This document shows, one piece after another, positions 46,635 through 54,696 of a stretch of 64,000 nt of DNA (position 1 is the first letter of the stretch; every line of letters starts with the position of its first letter). This DNA comes from a virus, in the IMG/VR virus record IMGVR_UViG_3300033149_004284, positions 22,288 through 86,287 of that record; one strand, 5' to 3'. The notes below the pieces were generated by a model. That model was given only the letters and a program-made list of their open reading frames with translations, did no database searches and was not told the DNA's origin. Both the position numbers and the translations under genes were made by a program.

Positions 46635-49313
46635 ATGGGTTTCACATTAAAGGTGAAAGGTTGGATTGAGGACTTCGTGAAGGCGGCTGAGGCGTCCAAA
46701 GAGGAGATTCCCAAGGCGGCCCAGGGTAGCTTCACTCGCCTGAAACTACTCTCGGCCCAGAAGCCTGTCAAGGATGTGGAGTCTAGCCGCAACTCCGAGG
46801 GTCTGGAGAAGCTTCAGGCATTCCTGAAGAGTGTGAAGGGCAAAGCCAAGTTGGAGACTGTTGCCAAGAAAGCCATTGACAACCTGACCGAATACTTTGG
46901 GAAGGACTATGGGGCAAAAGGGGAGGTCGCAAAAGCTTCCACTTATGTCTGCCCAAAGTGCGGCTACAAGGGCAAGCCTGACAAAGACGGCAACTGTCCC
47001 AAGTGTGGCACTAAGATGAAGGTGGATTACGGGAAAGCCTACGGCGACTACGGCAAGACCAAGTATGAGGATTATGGCAAGACCGAAGTTGCCAAATCTG
47101 AGCCCCATCCCCACGGCAAGCATGTCGTCTATTGCCCTAAATGTGGCTATGAGGAGACAGTCGAGGCTGGCGTCAAGGCTAAGGACAAGAAGTGTCCCAA
47201 GTGCGGAACTCGGATGCGGGCTAGGGAAATAGGTGAGCGGCGCGAGGCTGTCCACTTCAGGACCCTAACTGGCCGACTTCTTGAAGCTGTTGAAGGCACA
47301 GAGGGTAGCCAGTGGGAAGTCACTCTCATCGAGGCAGGCGTCTCTGAGAATCGCACCAAGTACAGTCTCCCTGTTCTTGAAAAAGCGCTTCCCCTCTTCG
47401 ATGGTGCTAAGTGCTTCGCTGACCATTCAACTGCCTCTGAGCGTCGCGAGCGCCCTGGACGCTCTATCAGAGACATCGTAGGCTGGTTTGAAAGCCCGAA
47501 AGTTCTCGGCGACGGAGTCAAAGGAATTGGGGCTGTCTTCAACATCCTAGAATCAGAACGATGGTTTCGAGATAAAGTCGTAGAGGCCTGGGAGCGAGGC
47601 AAACGAGACCTCATTGGCTTCTCGATCAGCGCCATCGGCAGACAGAAACTGATTCGCGAGGAGGACAAACTCCTCAAGGAAGTCGTTTCGATTGACAAAG
47701 TACAATCTGTAGATGCTGTCACTGAGCCTGCAGCTGGTGGCAAATTCGTGAAAATGCTAGAAGGGAAGGAGGCAGAAGAAGTGAGCCAACTAGATATTCT
47801 GAACACCATCACACTGGAGAATCTGAGAGAGGTGAGGCCAGACTTGTTCCCTGAGCCTGCTTCTGAGCCAGAGCCTGATTTGGAGCCTACGCCTGAGCCA
47901 GAGACTGAACCATCTCCTGATCTTTCTCACCTCACTGAGGCGGTCAAAGAGATCGAGAGCCTAAAGGCTACCCTGGCTGAAATGCAGGATACGTCTCGGA
48001 AGACGGATCTCAAGGCGCAGCTTGACTCGGCGCTTCAGTCCAGCGGTCTTCCCAAGCCTGTCCAGGATAAACTTGGGCGACGCTTCTCTTCTCTCGAATT
48101 CACCTCGGAGACTCTCACTGAGGCGATTCGCGAGGAGAAGGAAGTCTTAGCCCAAATTCTGCCACCAGAGCGTCGTTACTTCCCATCAATCAAGATGGGC
48201 GAGAGCGAGCGGGACAAGATTGACAAGGCTATGGATGGTCTCCTGGAGGGCGAAGATATCGACGGGATTCCTCGCTTCAGGAATCTGCGTGAAGCCTACT
48301 CGATAGTCACTGGTACACCGATTCTGGATGTCAGAGCTCAGCATATCCTGAATGCGTCGTCAGCCTTTGACTCGTCAGTTGGTTTCTTGCGAGAGGAGAT
48401 ATCGACAAGCACTTGGACGAACGTCTTCGGAACCAGCATGACCAGGAGACTGCTTAAGGAATACCGCAAACCTGGCTATGATGACTGGAAGAAGATTTGC
48501 TCCAGCGTCGAGACTCTCGACAACATGAAGTCCCAGGAGCGAGTCCGCATAGGTGGCTATGTTGCCCTCAGCTCGGTTTCCGAGGGAAGCACCTACACAG
48601 AGCAGTCGTATGATCCTCCAAATGAGATGCAGAACTACACCCCGACCAAAAAGGGTAACTTGGAGAGTATCACACTGAAAGCTATCGCCAACGACGACCT
48701 TGGTGCTCTACGGCGAATTCCCAAGGCTATGGCCTTTGCAGCCAAGGTGGGTGTCTACAAGGCAGTTTTCGACGTTCTGACCACGAACGCTGCAATGAAC
48801 TATGATTCAGTGGCTCTGTTCAACGCGGCCAGTCACGGGAACTATGGGACAACTGCTCTTAGCTATGAAGAGCTCACAAGTGCCAAGAATGCTATGCTGG
48901 AGCAGATGGAGCCAGTAGGGTCTGGTGGAACTGAGCTCACCTATCTGGACGTGGAGCCCAAGTACTTGCTGGTTCCACTAGAGCTCCGAGGCACAGCCTG
49001 GGACCTCATCAATTCGCCAGTTAGGGCACTTGCCAGTTCCTTCAACGCAACTCAGCCCAACATGCACTATAAGACGCTTGAGCTGATTGTAGTGAGGCAC
49101 TGGACTGATTCTAACAACTGGTACTTGATCGCAGACCCTTCATTGATTGCAACCATCGAGGTTGGTTTCTATGGTTCTCAGGAGCCCGAAATCTTTACCG
49201 AGTTGGCCAATGCTGGGTCGAATTTCACTGCTGATAAGCTCCGCTACAAGATTCGTCATATCTATGGGGTAGCAGCTCTTGAGCATCGTGGAATGTACGC
49301 CGAGATCGTGTGA
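46635..49313 (+). CDS. Zn ribbons, prohead protease, scaffold and Mu gpT-like major capsid protein fusion
   Basis: two CPKCG..CPKCG ribbons; FADH, RSIRDIVG, IGFSI, SVDAVTEPAAGG; ANDDLG, PKYLLVP.EL, WYLIADP, IEVGF, YKIRHIYG. Confidence 0.9.
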   Translation: MGFTLKVKGWIEDFVKAAEASKEEIPKAAQGSFTRLKLLSAQKPVKDVESSRNSEGLEKLQAFLKSVKGKAKLETVAKKAIDNLTEYFGKDYGAKGEVAKASTYVCPKCGYKGKPDKDGNCPKCGTKMKVDYGKAYGDYGKTKYEDYGKTEVAKSEPHPHGKHVVYCPKCGYEETVEAGVKAKDKKCPKCGTRMRAREIGERREAVHFRTLTGRLLEAVEGTEGSQWEVTLIEAGVSENRTKYSLPVLEKALPLFDGAKCFADHSTASERRERPGRSIRDIVGWFESPKVLGDGVKGIGAVFNILESERWFRDKVVEAWERGKRDLIGFSISAIGRQKLIREEDKLLKEVVSIDKVQSVDAVTEPAAGGKFVKMLEGKEAEEVSQLDILNTITLENLREVRPDLFPEPASEPEPDLEPTPEPETEPSPDLSHLTEAVKEIESLKATLAEMQDTSRKTDLKAQLDSALQSSGLPKPVQDKLGRRFSSLEFTSETLTEAIREEKEVLAQILPPERRYFPSIKMGESERDKIDKAMDGLLEGEDIDGIPRFRNLREAYSIVTGTPILDVRAQHILNASSAFDSSVGFLREEISTSTWTNVFGTSMTRRLLKEYRKPGYDDWKKICSSVETLDNMKSQERVRIGGYVALSSVSEGSTYTEQSYDPPNEMQNYTPTKKGNLESITLKAIANDDLGALRRIPKAMAFAAKVGVYKAVFDVLTTNAAMNYDSVALFNAASHGNYGTTALSYEELTSAKNAMLEQMEPVGSGGTELTYLDVEPKYLLVPLELRGTAWDLINSPVRALASSFNATQPNMHYKTLELIVVRHWTDSNNWYLIADPSLIATIEVGFYGSQEPEIFTELANAGSNFTADKLRYKIRHIYGVAALEHRGMYAEIV

Positions 49314-49332
49314 TATCCTTTCTCTCTCGCCT

Positions 49333-49365
49333 GGAGAGTCAGTCTTGCCCAGGGGCTGACTCTCC
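49333..49365 (+). terminator. strong hairpin after the capsid gene
   Basis: GGAGAGTCAG.../...CTGACTCTCC; no U tract, so possibly an mRNA stabiliser or partial terminator. Confidence 0.6.
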
Positions 49366-49389
49366 CAAACCCTATATCAGGAGCAGAAC

Positions 49390-50088
49390 TTGACAAAGTA
49401 TCTGAGCTCCTACGTTGATGCTGTGCGTAATCGGCTTCAGGAGGTTGAGGCCAGTGAGGAAATCAGCACTACTGAGATCAACGACTCCATAGAGCTCGCC
49501 GTGCGGTATCACAGTCGTTTCAGGCCACAGATCATCGTAGACGATATCGCAGGCTCTGGAGTCTATGACCTCACTCTGCCTGACACTTGGGAAAAGGACT
49601 TCTCGGTTATCCTGGCTGTGGAGTGTCCTCAGGGCAGCAGGACGCCCACTTACCTTGAGCCCAAGGATTGGATGCTTTATCGGGGTACAAGCGGCAATCC
49701 TTCCTTAAGGCTCCTCAGCTTCACTCCGAGCGCCAGCCAGACTGTACGTATAACCTTTACCCATACTCATTTAGTAACTGCCTCTACTACTACCATCCAG
49801 GATGAGGATTACTGGGCTGTGGGTAACTTAGCTGCCTCGATGGCAGCTCGCCTGCTTGCTGCCCGCTACGCTCGCGTGTGGGGGCCAGTTCTTAATGTAG
49901 ATGTTGTGAACTATCCTAACAAATCGGAACAGTATCTAGCTTTGGCCAAGGAATGTGAGAATATCTGGAGGCTCCATCTTGGGCTTCCTCCTGAGGGAGC
50001 GCCTAGCCCCTCGTTCCAATATGGGGACTGGGATATGACATATTCTTGGAATAGAGGGCTTCTGGTTCACAAGCCTGAATATAGATAA
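49390..50088 (+). CDS. head-tail adaptor-like protein
   Basis: position after capsid gene; TTG start with AGGAG. Confidence 0.6.
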   Translation: MTKYLSSYVDAVRNRLQEVEASEEISTTEINDSIELAVRYHSRFRPQIIVDDIAGSGVYDLTLPDTWEKDFSVILAVECPQGSRTPTYLEPKDWMLYRGTSGNPSLRLLSFTPSASQTVRITFTHTHLVTASTTTIQDEDYWAVGNLAASMAARLLAARYARVWGPVLNVDVVNYPNKSEQYLALAKECENIWRLHLGLPPEGAPSPSFQYGDWDMTYSWNRGLLVHKPEYR

Positions 50089-50100
50089 TGGCTGAGGATA

Positions 50101-50589
50101 ATGGCTTCCACCCGTAAGCAGATTTCAACTGCCATCAAAGGCATTCTAGAAACCGTCAGTGGTGTAGGGGTAGTTCAGGAGTATCACCGCTATACCCGCT
50201 CCCCTGAAGGGTTCAAAGAGTACTTTACTAAGTTGGTAGATCAGTACTCACGGGAAGCCAATGCTTGGCTAGTCTGCCGAGACAGCTTCTCACAGACCAC
50301 GGCAGGAATGCCGATTCCTCAGGAGATGCGAGAGCATCAGTGGACTATTGTGGGCTATGTCGGGCTGAAAGATTCAACAGGTTCTGAGGAGACGTTCCAG
50401 GACTTGGTCGATGAAATCGTGAACGCTTTTGAGGCTCGCAAGCAGTTAGGGCTTCCTACCATAGTCGAATATGTCAGGCCGCCCCAGGTTCCAACAATCG
50501 ACCACGCCTGGTTTGGGCCAGTTCTATGTCATCATTGTGTGATTCAGTTGGCAGTTCTCGAAAGGCGTACTATAGTATATGCGTCCTAG
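50101..50589 (+). CDS. tail terminator/completion-like protein
   Basis: size and position; FQDLVDEI, FGPVLCHH. Confidence 0.6.
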   Translation: MASTRKQISTAIKGILETVSGVGVVQEYHRYTRSPEGFKEYFTKLVDQYSREANAWLVCRDSFSQTTAGMPIPQEMREHQWTIVGYVGLKDSTGSEETFQDLVDEIVNAFEARKQLGLPTIVEYVRPPQVPTIDHAWFGPVLCHHCVIQLAVLERRTIVYAS

Positions 50590-50644
50590 CAAGCAACGAA
50601 TTGGTGTATCCTAAGTAAGTGGTGGCCCTAGTTGAGGATAAGCA

Positions 50645-51808
50645 ATGGCCCGCTATGGGAGAGTTCTTCAGTCCAGACGTCAGCAACCTTTAAGGGTGAT
50701 AGCTCCTTGCTATGAACTAGCAGCTAGTGGCTATTATCGGGTTCTGCTACCGCTCAAGGTCTTGCTCGACAGGGGGGCTATCGAGGCAGTTTGGAAGGGG
50801 ATGTTACCCTGCAAGCCAGGGGAGAAGCCTGAGCGCGGCTCTCGACTTGCTAATTTGATGGCTCAACTCCTCAATTGGGCTAACGTCTACTTCCTAGAGA
50901 GAGAGGAACGAGAGAACCTTATTCCCATACTTGAGAAAGCCAAACGACTCGGCAAGGCTATCGTGATGGACATAGATGACCATGTAGTTGCCTTTCCTGA
51001 TATTCCTCAAAGGCAGGTATCGGATTTTTGGAAGGAGCGAGTGCCCTATTTCCTGAAGATCCTCCAGCAGGTTGATTTGTTGATTACCACTACCGACAGA
51101 CTAGCAAGGAGTTATAAGGAGTACCTGGGCGATGGTGCCGAGACAGTTAGTATTCCAAACTTCATCGATACGAGGCATCCTCGCTGGCAAGTTCAGCCTA
51201 GCGAAAAGACTGACGGGACAATCACTATTGGCTGGATGGGCGGCCCGACTCACATAGATGATCTGGAACTCCTCCGAGAGCCGCTCTCTATTATTCTGAA
51301 CCGATACCCCAAGGCTGTCTTCAAGTGTGTAGGGCTGATTCCAGAGTGGTTGGACAGTTTGCCTTCCGGCCAGGTCGTCAGGAGTGAGGGCTATTCTGGC
51401 CTTGCTGACTATCCAAAGCGCTTCGCAGATTTCGATATAGGACTTATCCCACTCACTGACAATGAGTTCAATCGGAAGGGTAAATCAGCGTTAAAGTATC
51501 TCGAATATTCGATGTTCGGAATTGCCTCAGTTGTCAGCAAAGTGCCCGCTTATTGGGGAGCGGTTAGCAGGAAGCGAGGCTTTCTAACGCCCAATACGAC
51601 CGAAGATTGGATCAAGTCCATAGAAACACTTATCACCAGGGAAGCCCTTCGCAAATCCCTGGGCAATGCGGCCAAAGACTATGTTCTCAAGCAGCGTTCT
51701 ATCGATGGCAACGCCTATCGTTGGGCTGCTGCCTTTGAGCAAGCTCGTCGAATCAGACGGAGCCGGAATCAAATCCTAGTGCCTGCACTAGAAGGAGTAG
51801 CAATATGA
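50645..51808 (+). CDS. GT4-like (GT-B) glycosyltransferase within the tail operon
   Basis: GYYRVLLP, MDIDD, IGWMGGPTH..DL, DIGLIPL.DN.FN..KSALKYLEYS. Confidence 0.9.
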   Translation: MARYGRVLQSRRQQPLRVIAPCYELAASGYYRVLLPLKVLLDRGAIEAVWKGMLPCKPGEKPERGSRLANLMAQLLNWANVYFLEREERENLIPILEKAKRLGKAIVMDIDDHVVAFPDIPQRQVSDFWKERVPYFLKILQQVDLLITTTDRLARSYKEYLGDGAETVSIPNFIDTRHPRWQVQPSEKTDGTITIGWMGGPTHIDDLELLREPLSIILNRYPKAVFKCVGLIPEWLDSLPSGQVVRSEGYSGLADYPKRFADFDIGLIPLTDNEFNRKGKSALKYLEYSMFGIASVVSKVPAYWGAVSRKRGFLTPNTTEDWIKSIETLITREALRKSLGNAAKDYVLKQRSIDGNAYRWAAAFEQARRIRRSRNQILVPALEGVAI

Positions 51809-52761
51809 CCATATCACGATTGACCAAGATTGGTGTTGCGCGCGAAAGCTCCTGGGGAGCCGCTGATGCTCCACAGGTACTTCTGCCTGTCGAGCCGCCT
51901 AGTATAACAGAGCCTTATGAGCAGATTCTGGACAATCTACAGCGTGGCCTCTATGCTGCGGACTTCGGCGCATATCAGGGCGCAGGCCATGTGGAAATGT
52001 CGCTTTCTGGGCAATTCTACCCAGAGGAAGTGGGCTTTCTACTTACAGCTATGATAGGCTCACCCTCTAGCGGTACGAGTGTACCCTATGAGCATGACTT
52101 CACCATGGCGACTTCTCAGCCGCCTAGTCTCGCTATCCAGGACGAAGGCGCTGTCTATAAATCAGGGGCCACCAAGCGACGCTACACAGGGATGCTGCCA
52201 TCTAGCCTCGTTTTCAGCTTTAGCTCAGCTGAGGGAGTGCTTGCCTGGTCTGCTGACCTAACAGGCAAACTAGGAACTGCGCCAGGCAGCGGAGCTATCC
52301 CTAGTGCTGTAGGTACGTCTCCCTTCCTTGGCTGGCAAGGAGCCCTCACTATTGGGAGTGCTAACACTCGCCTCATTGACGCTGAGATTACTCTTGAGCG
52401 AGAGGTTGAGATGCGGCATGGCTCAGACGGAACTCAGTATGCAGTCGCGGGTTACTCTGGAGCCTTAACTGCCACAGCCACCATGACACTTGATGCAATA
52501 GACAACACAGAGCTTGACTACGTTCTTGGTCACTCTTCCAACACAGTTGTGCTCACTTTCTCCTATGGAGCTGGCAATGCTGAGCGTAGCATCGCCTTCA
52601 CTATGACTAAATTCAACTGGGGGGAGGCACCAGCAGAACTAGACCGCAGCGGGGTCTTCGTCACTTTGGGAATCAGCGGCAGAGCTCTCTACAATGATAC
52701 GGATGCTGGGCCTATCGCAGTTACGCTCAAAAACGCTAGGTCTAGTTACGCAGCTGCCTGA
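51805..52761 (+). CDS. major tail tube protein
   Basis: IGVARESSWG start, HDFT, ends VTLKNARSSY; no sheath gene seen. Confidence 0.85.
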   Translation: MTISRLTKIGVARESSWGAADAPQVLLPVEPPSITEPYEQILDNLQRGLYAADFGAYQGAGHVEMSLSGQFYPEEVGFLLTAMIGSPSSGTSVPYEHDFTMATSQPPSLAIQDEGAVYKSGATKRRYTGMLPSSLVFSFSSAEGVLAWSADLTGKLGTAPGSGAIPSAVGTSPFLGWQGALTIGSANTRLIDAEITLEREVEMRHGSDGTQYAVAGYSGALTATATMTLDAIDNTELDYVLGHSSNTVVLTFSYGAGNAERSIAFTMTKFNWGEAPAELDRSGVFVTLGISGRALYNDTDAGPIAVTLKNARSSYAAA

Positions 52762-52810
52762 TAAGGGAGTATGGGCTGTCAGCGATGTCCTTGCCTCTCT
52801 TTCAGTTCAC

Positions 52811-52839
52811 TTGACATCTTGGCTCGTTTCTGCTAGAAT
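52811..52839 (+). promoter_or_regulatory. internal sigma70 promoter
   Basis: TTGACA-N17-TAGAAT with TG extension. Confidence 0.8.
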
Positions 52840-52857
52840 AAGAAGCAGGAGGTTAGG

Positions 52858-53472
52858 ATGCCAAAGGGAGTCTATGCCAGGGTTCAAGAAACCCAGGGCT
52901 ATCGCGATAGGAGCTACTGGGCGAAGAAGATTAAGGCGCAGGCTGGTTTCGTCTGCCAGAGATGTGGCAGGTATCAGCCTGCTTCCCTGTTAAGGGTTAG
53001 GCCCCTCTCGGAGAAACTCACTCTCGATGCTGGAGAGGTGCTGTGCTTCCGATGCCTAGCTGAGGAAGAATTCGGTGGAGATGTTGTTCTTCTTGCCGAC
53101 TTCCTGCTATGGGTTTCGGATGCTGGTGTATCTCTCACTTCAAATCTCCTCAAACAGTGGACTAGGGAGGGGCTACTCCCCAAGCCCCTCTATGGATTTC
53201 TTCCGATGTCGCTTCGCCCAAAAGTGGCTCTCCTGTTCCATAACCGCTCCCTTCCTACAGAATCCCTGAGGGAACTTCTCTCCAGGCAGAAGGTCGAAAC
53301 CCTGATTATGCGTAACCTCAAAACAGGCAAAACTGAAATCCTAACCGTTATAGAAGAATTTCCTGCCATCAGTCTTGATGGCCATAGATACTATTGTCGC
53401 AGACTTCTCAACGGAGATATCCTTACAAGATCAGAGAGGAGGAAAAAAGATGAGCGGCTGGTTCAATCCTGA
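52858..53472 (+). CDS. degenerate HNH-like Zn finger plus MerR-like HTH protein
   Basis: CQRCG...LCFRC with no HNH histidines; LLKQWTREGLLPKP. Confidence 0.55.
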   Translation: MPKGVYARVQETQGYRDRSYWAKKIKAQAGFVCQRCGRYQPASLLRVRPLSEKLTLDAGEVLCFRCLAEEEFGGDVVLLADFLLWVSDAGVSLTSNLLKQWTREGLLPKPLYGFLPMSLRPKVALLFHNRSLPTESLRELLSRQKVETLIMRNLKTGKTEILTVIEEFPAISLDGHRYYCRRLLNGDILTRSERRKKDERLVQS

Positions 53473-53845
53473 GACGATCAAAGTCGATTTTGAGGATTTA
53501 GGCTATTCCCAGTTCTGGGTGGATGTTAAGAAGCCTGGCTCTTTGCTCTATGGTGAGATGTTGGGCCTCGATAAGTTAGGCGAGGACAGTCCTCCCAAGG
53601 AGGTAATGGGAGCCTTAGCCCTGATGATTCAGGACTGGAACTTGACTGATCCTGTGACAGAGGAGGCTCTGTCAGTCCCAACTCAGAAAGACCCAACTCC
53701 TCTCTATCGGCTGCCAAACGCCTTTTTGAGGTTACTCCAGCAACGTATCACTGCTGAGTCAGAGGCCTTTGCAGGGCCTGAGGGTGTGCTAAAAAAAGCC
53801 AAAGAGATGCCGCTCGAAGCTATTTCAGAGGAATCAAGGGAGTGA
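53450..53845 (+). CDS. tail assembly chaperone (gpG-like)
   Basis: IQDWNLTD motif, GGAGG RBS, position. Confidence 0.8.
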   Translation: MSGWFNPETIKVDFEDLGYSQFWVDVKKPGSLLYGEMLGLDKLGEDSPPKEVMGALALMIQDWNLTDPVTEEALSVPTQKDPTPLYRLPNAFLRLLQQRITAESEAFAGPEGVLKKAKEMPLEAISEESRE

Positions 53846-53994
53846 AAGCCCCAGGCTGGGTAGTGGAGATAGCCATCATGGAGCGATTTGGATGGACTGA
53901 GCGGCAGCTCTATGAAGAGAACTCTGTCAAGCGCATCTTTACAATTGTCGAGGAGATGAATCTGAGAGGGCAGGCCGAGAAGTCGAGGAGATAG
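53791..53994 (+). CDS. gpGT-like extension via -1 frameshift
   Basis: slippery A AAA AAA at 53791-53797; -1 frame reads SQRDAA..APGWVV..MERFGWTERQL to TAG at 53994. Confidence 0.8.
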   Translation, partial: KKSQRDAARSYFRGIKGVKAPGWVVEIAIMERFGWTERQLYEENSVKRIFTIVEEMNLRGQAEKSRR

Positions 53995-53995
53995 C

Positions 53996-54694
53996 ATGGC
54001 AGAGAGCTTCCAGGTGAGAATAGACATTCTGACTAGGAAAGACGGCTGGGTTGAGAGCCTTATTGCCGATGGTCTGCAAAACAAGGCAGGTCGCCAGATA
54101 CTCCTGGAAAGGCTTGGGCCTCAGCTCAAGCCCATCCTCGACGAATGCACTAGGAGAACTAAAGAGATTGTCTTGGAGGCGTACCGAACTCCAGGTTTCG
54201 TCCCAGGCGATACTCTCCGAATGGCTTTCTTGGGCGGCTATGGTGAAAGCGTCCAGCGGCGCTTCCGAGCTCAGACAACTCAGACCTGGCCCTGGGCCTA
54301 TGTAGGTCTTTATCCCCAGCCAGGAGCAGATACGCTCCAATCTCGCAATCCTGCTATCTACATTCCCTCGATAGAGACAGGGATGACGCCTGCGGGCTGG
54401 ACAGACTTTCAACATGATGGCTCTGGGAGACGCAAATCCACAGGCACTGGTGGCTGGATGATGTTTCAGCGATTGGCTTATTGGGCCAGGAAGAAGCTTG
54501 GGGTTGATGAGGGAACTCGCAGGGGACATACTTTCGTTTGGTTGCTCTATAAGAAGATTCTTGAGAGAGGCACGAGAGCTAAGTATCTCTTTCGTCAGGT
54601 CGAGGACACACCTGAGTTTCAGAAGTTCCTTCAGGAGAAACAGAAACGAGTCTTTAATGCAATTCGGAGAGCGTTCCTGCCCTTTCGGAGATAG
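53996..54694 (+). CDS. HK97 gp10-like tail completion protein
   Basis: IETG, WARKKLG, ILERGTRAKYLF. Confidence 0.55.
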   Translation: MAESFQVRIDILTRKDGWVESLIADGLQNKAGRQILLERLGPQLKPILDECTRRTKEIVLEAYRTPGFVPGDTLRMAFLGGYGESVQRRFRAQTTQTWPWAYVGLYPQPGADTLQSRNPAIYIPSIETGMTPAGWTDFQHDGSGRRKSTGTGGWMMFQRLAYWARKKLGVDEGTRRGHTFVWLLYKKILERGTRAKYLFRQVEDTPEFQKFLQEKQKRVFNAIRRAFLPFRR

Positions 54695-54696
54695 CA

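Noticed and set aside
53791-53797. Tail chaperone -1 frameshift as a novelty
   Set aside because: Real but well established in long-tailed phages; listed as a feature only.
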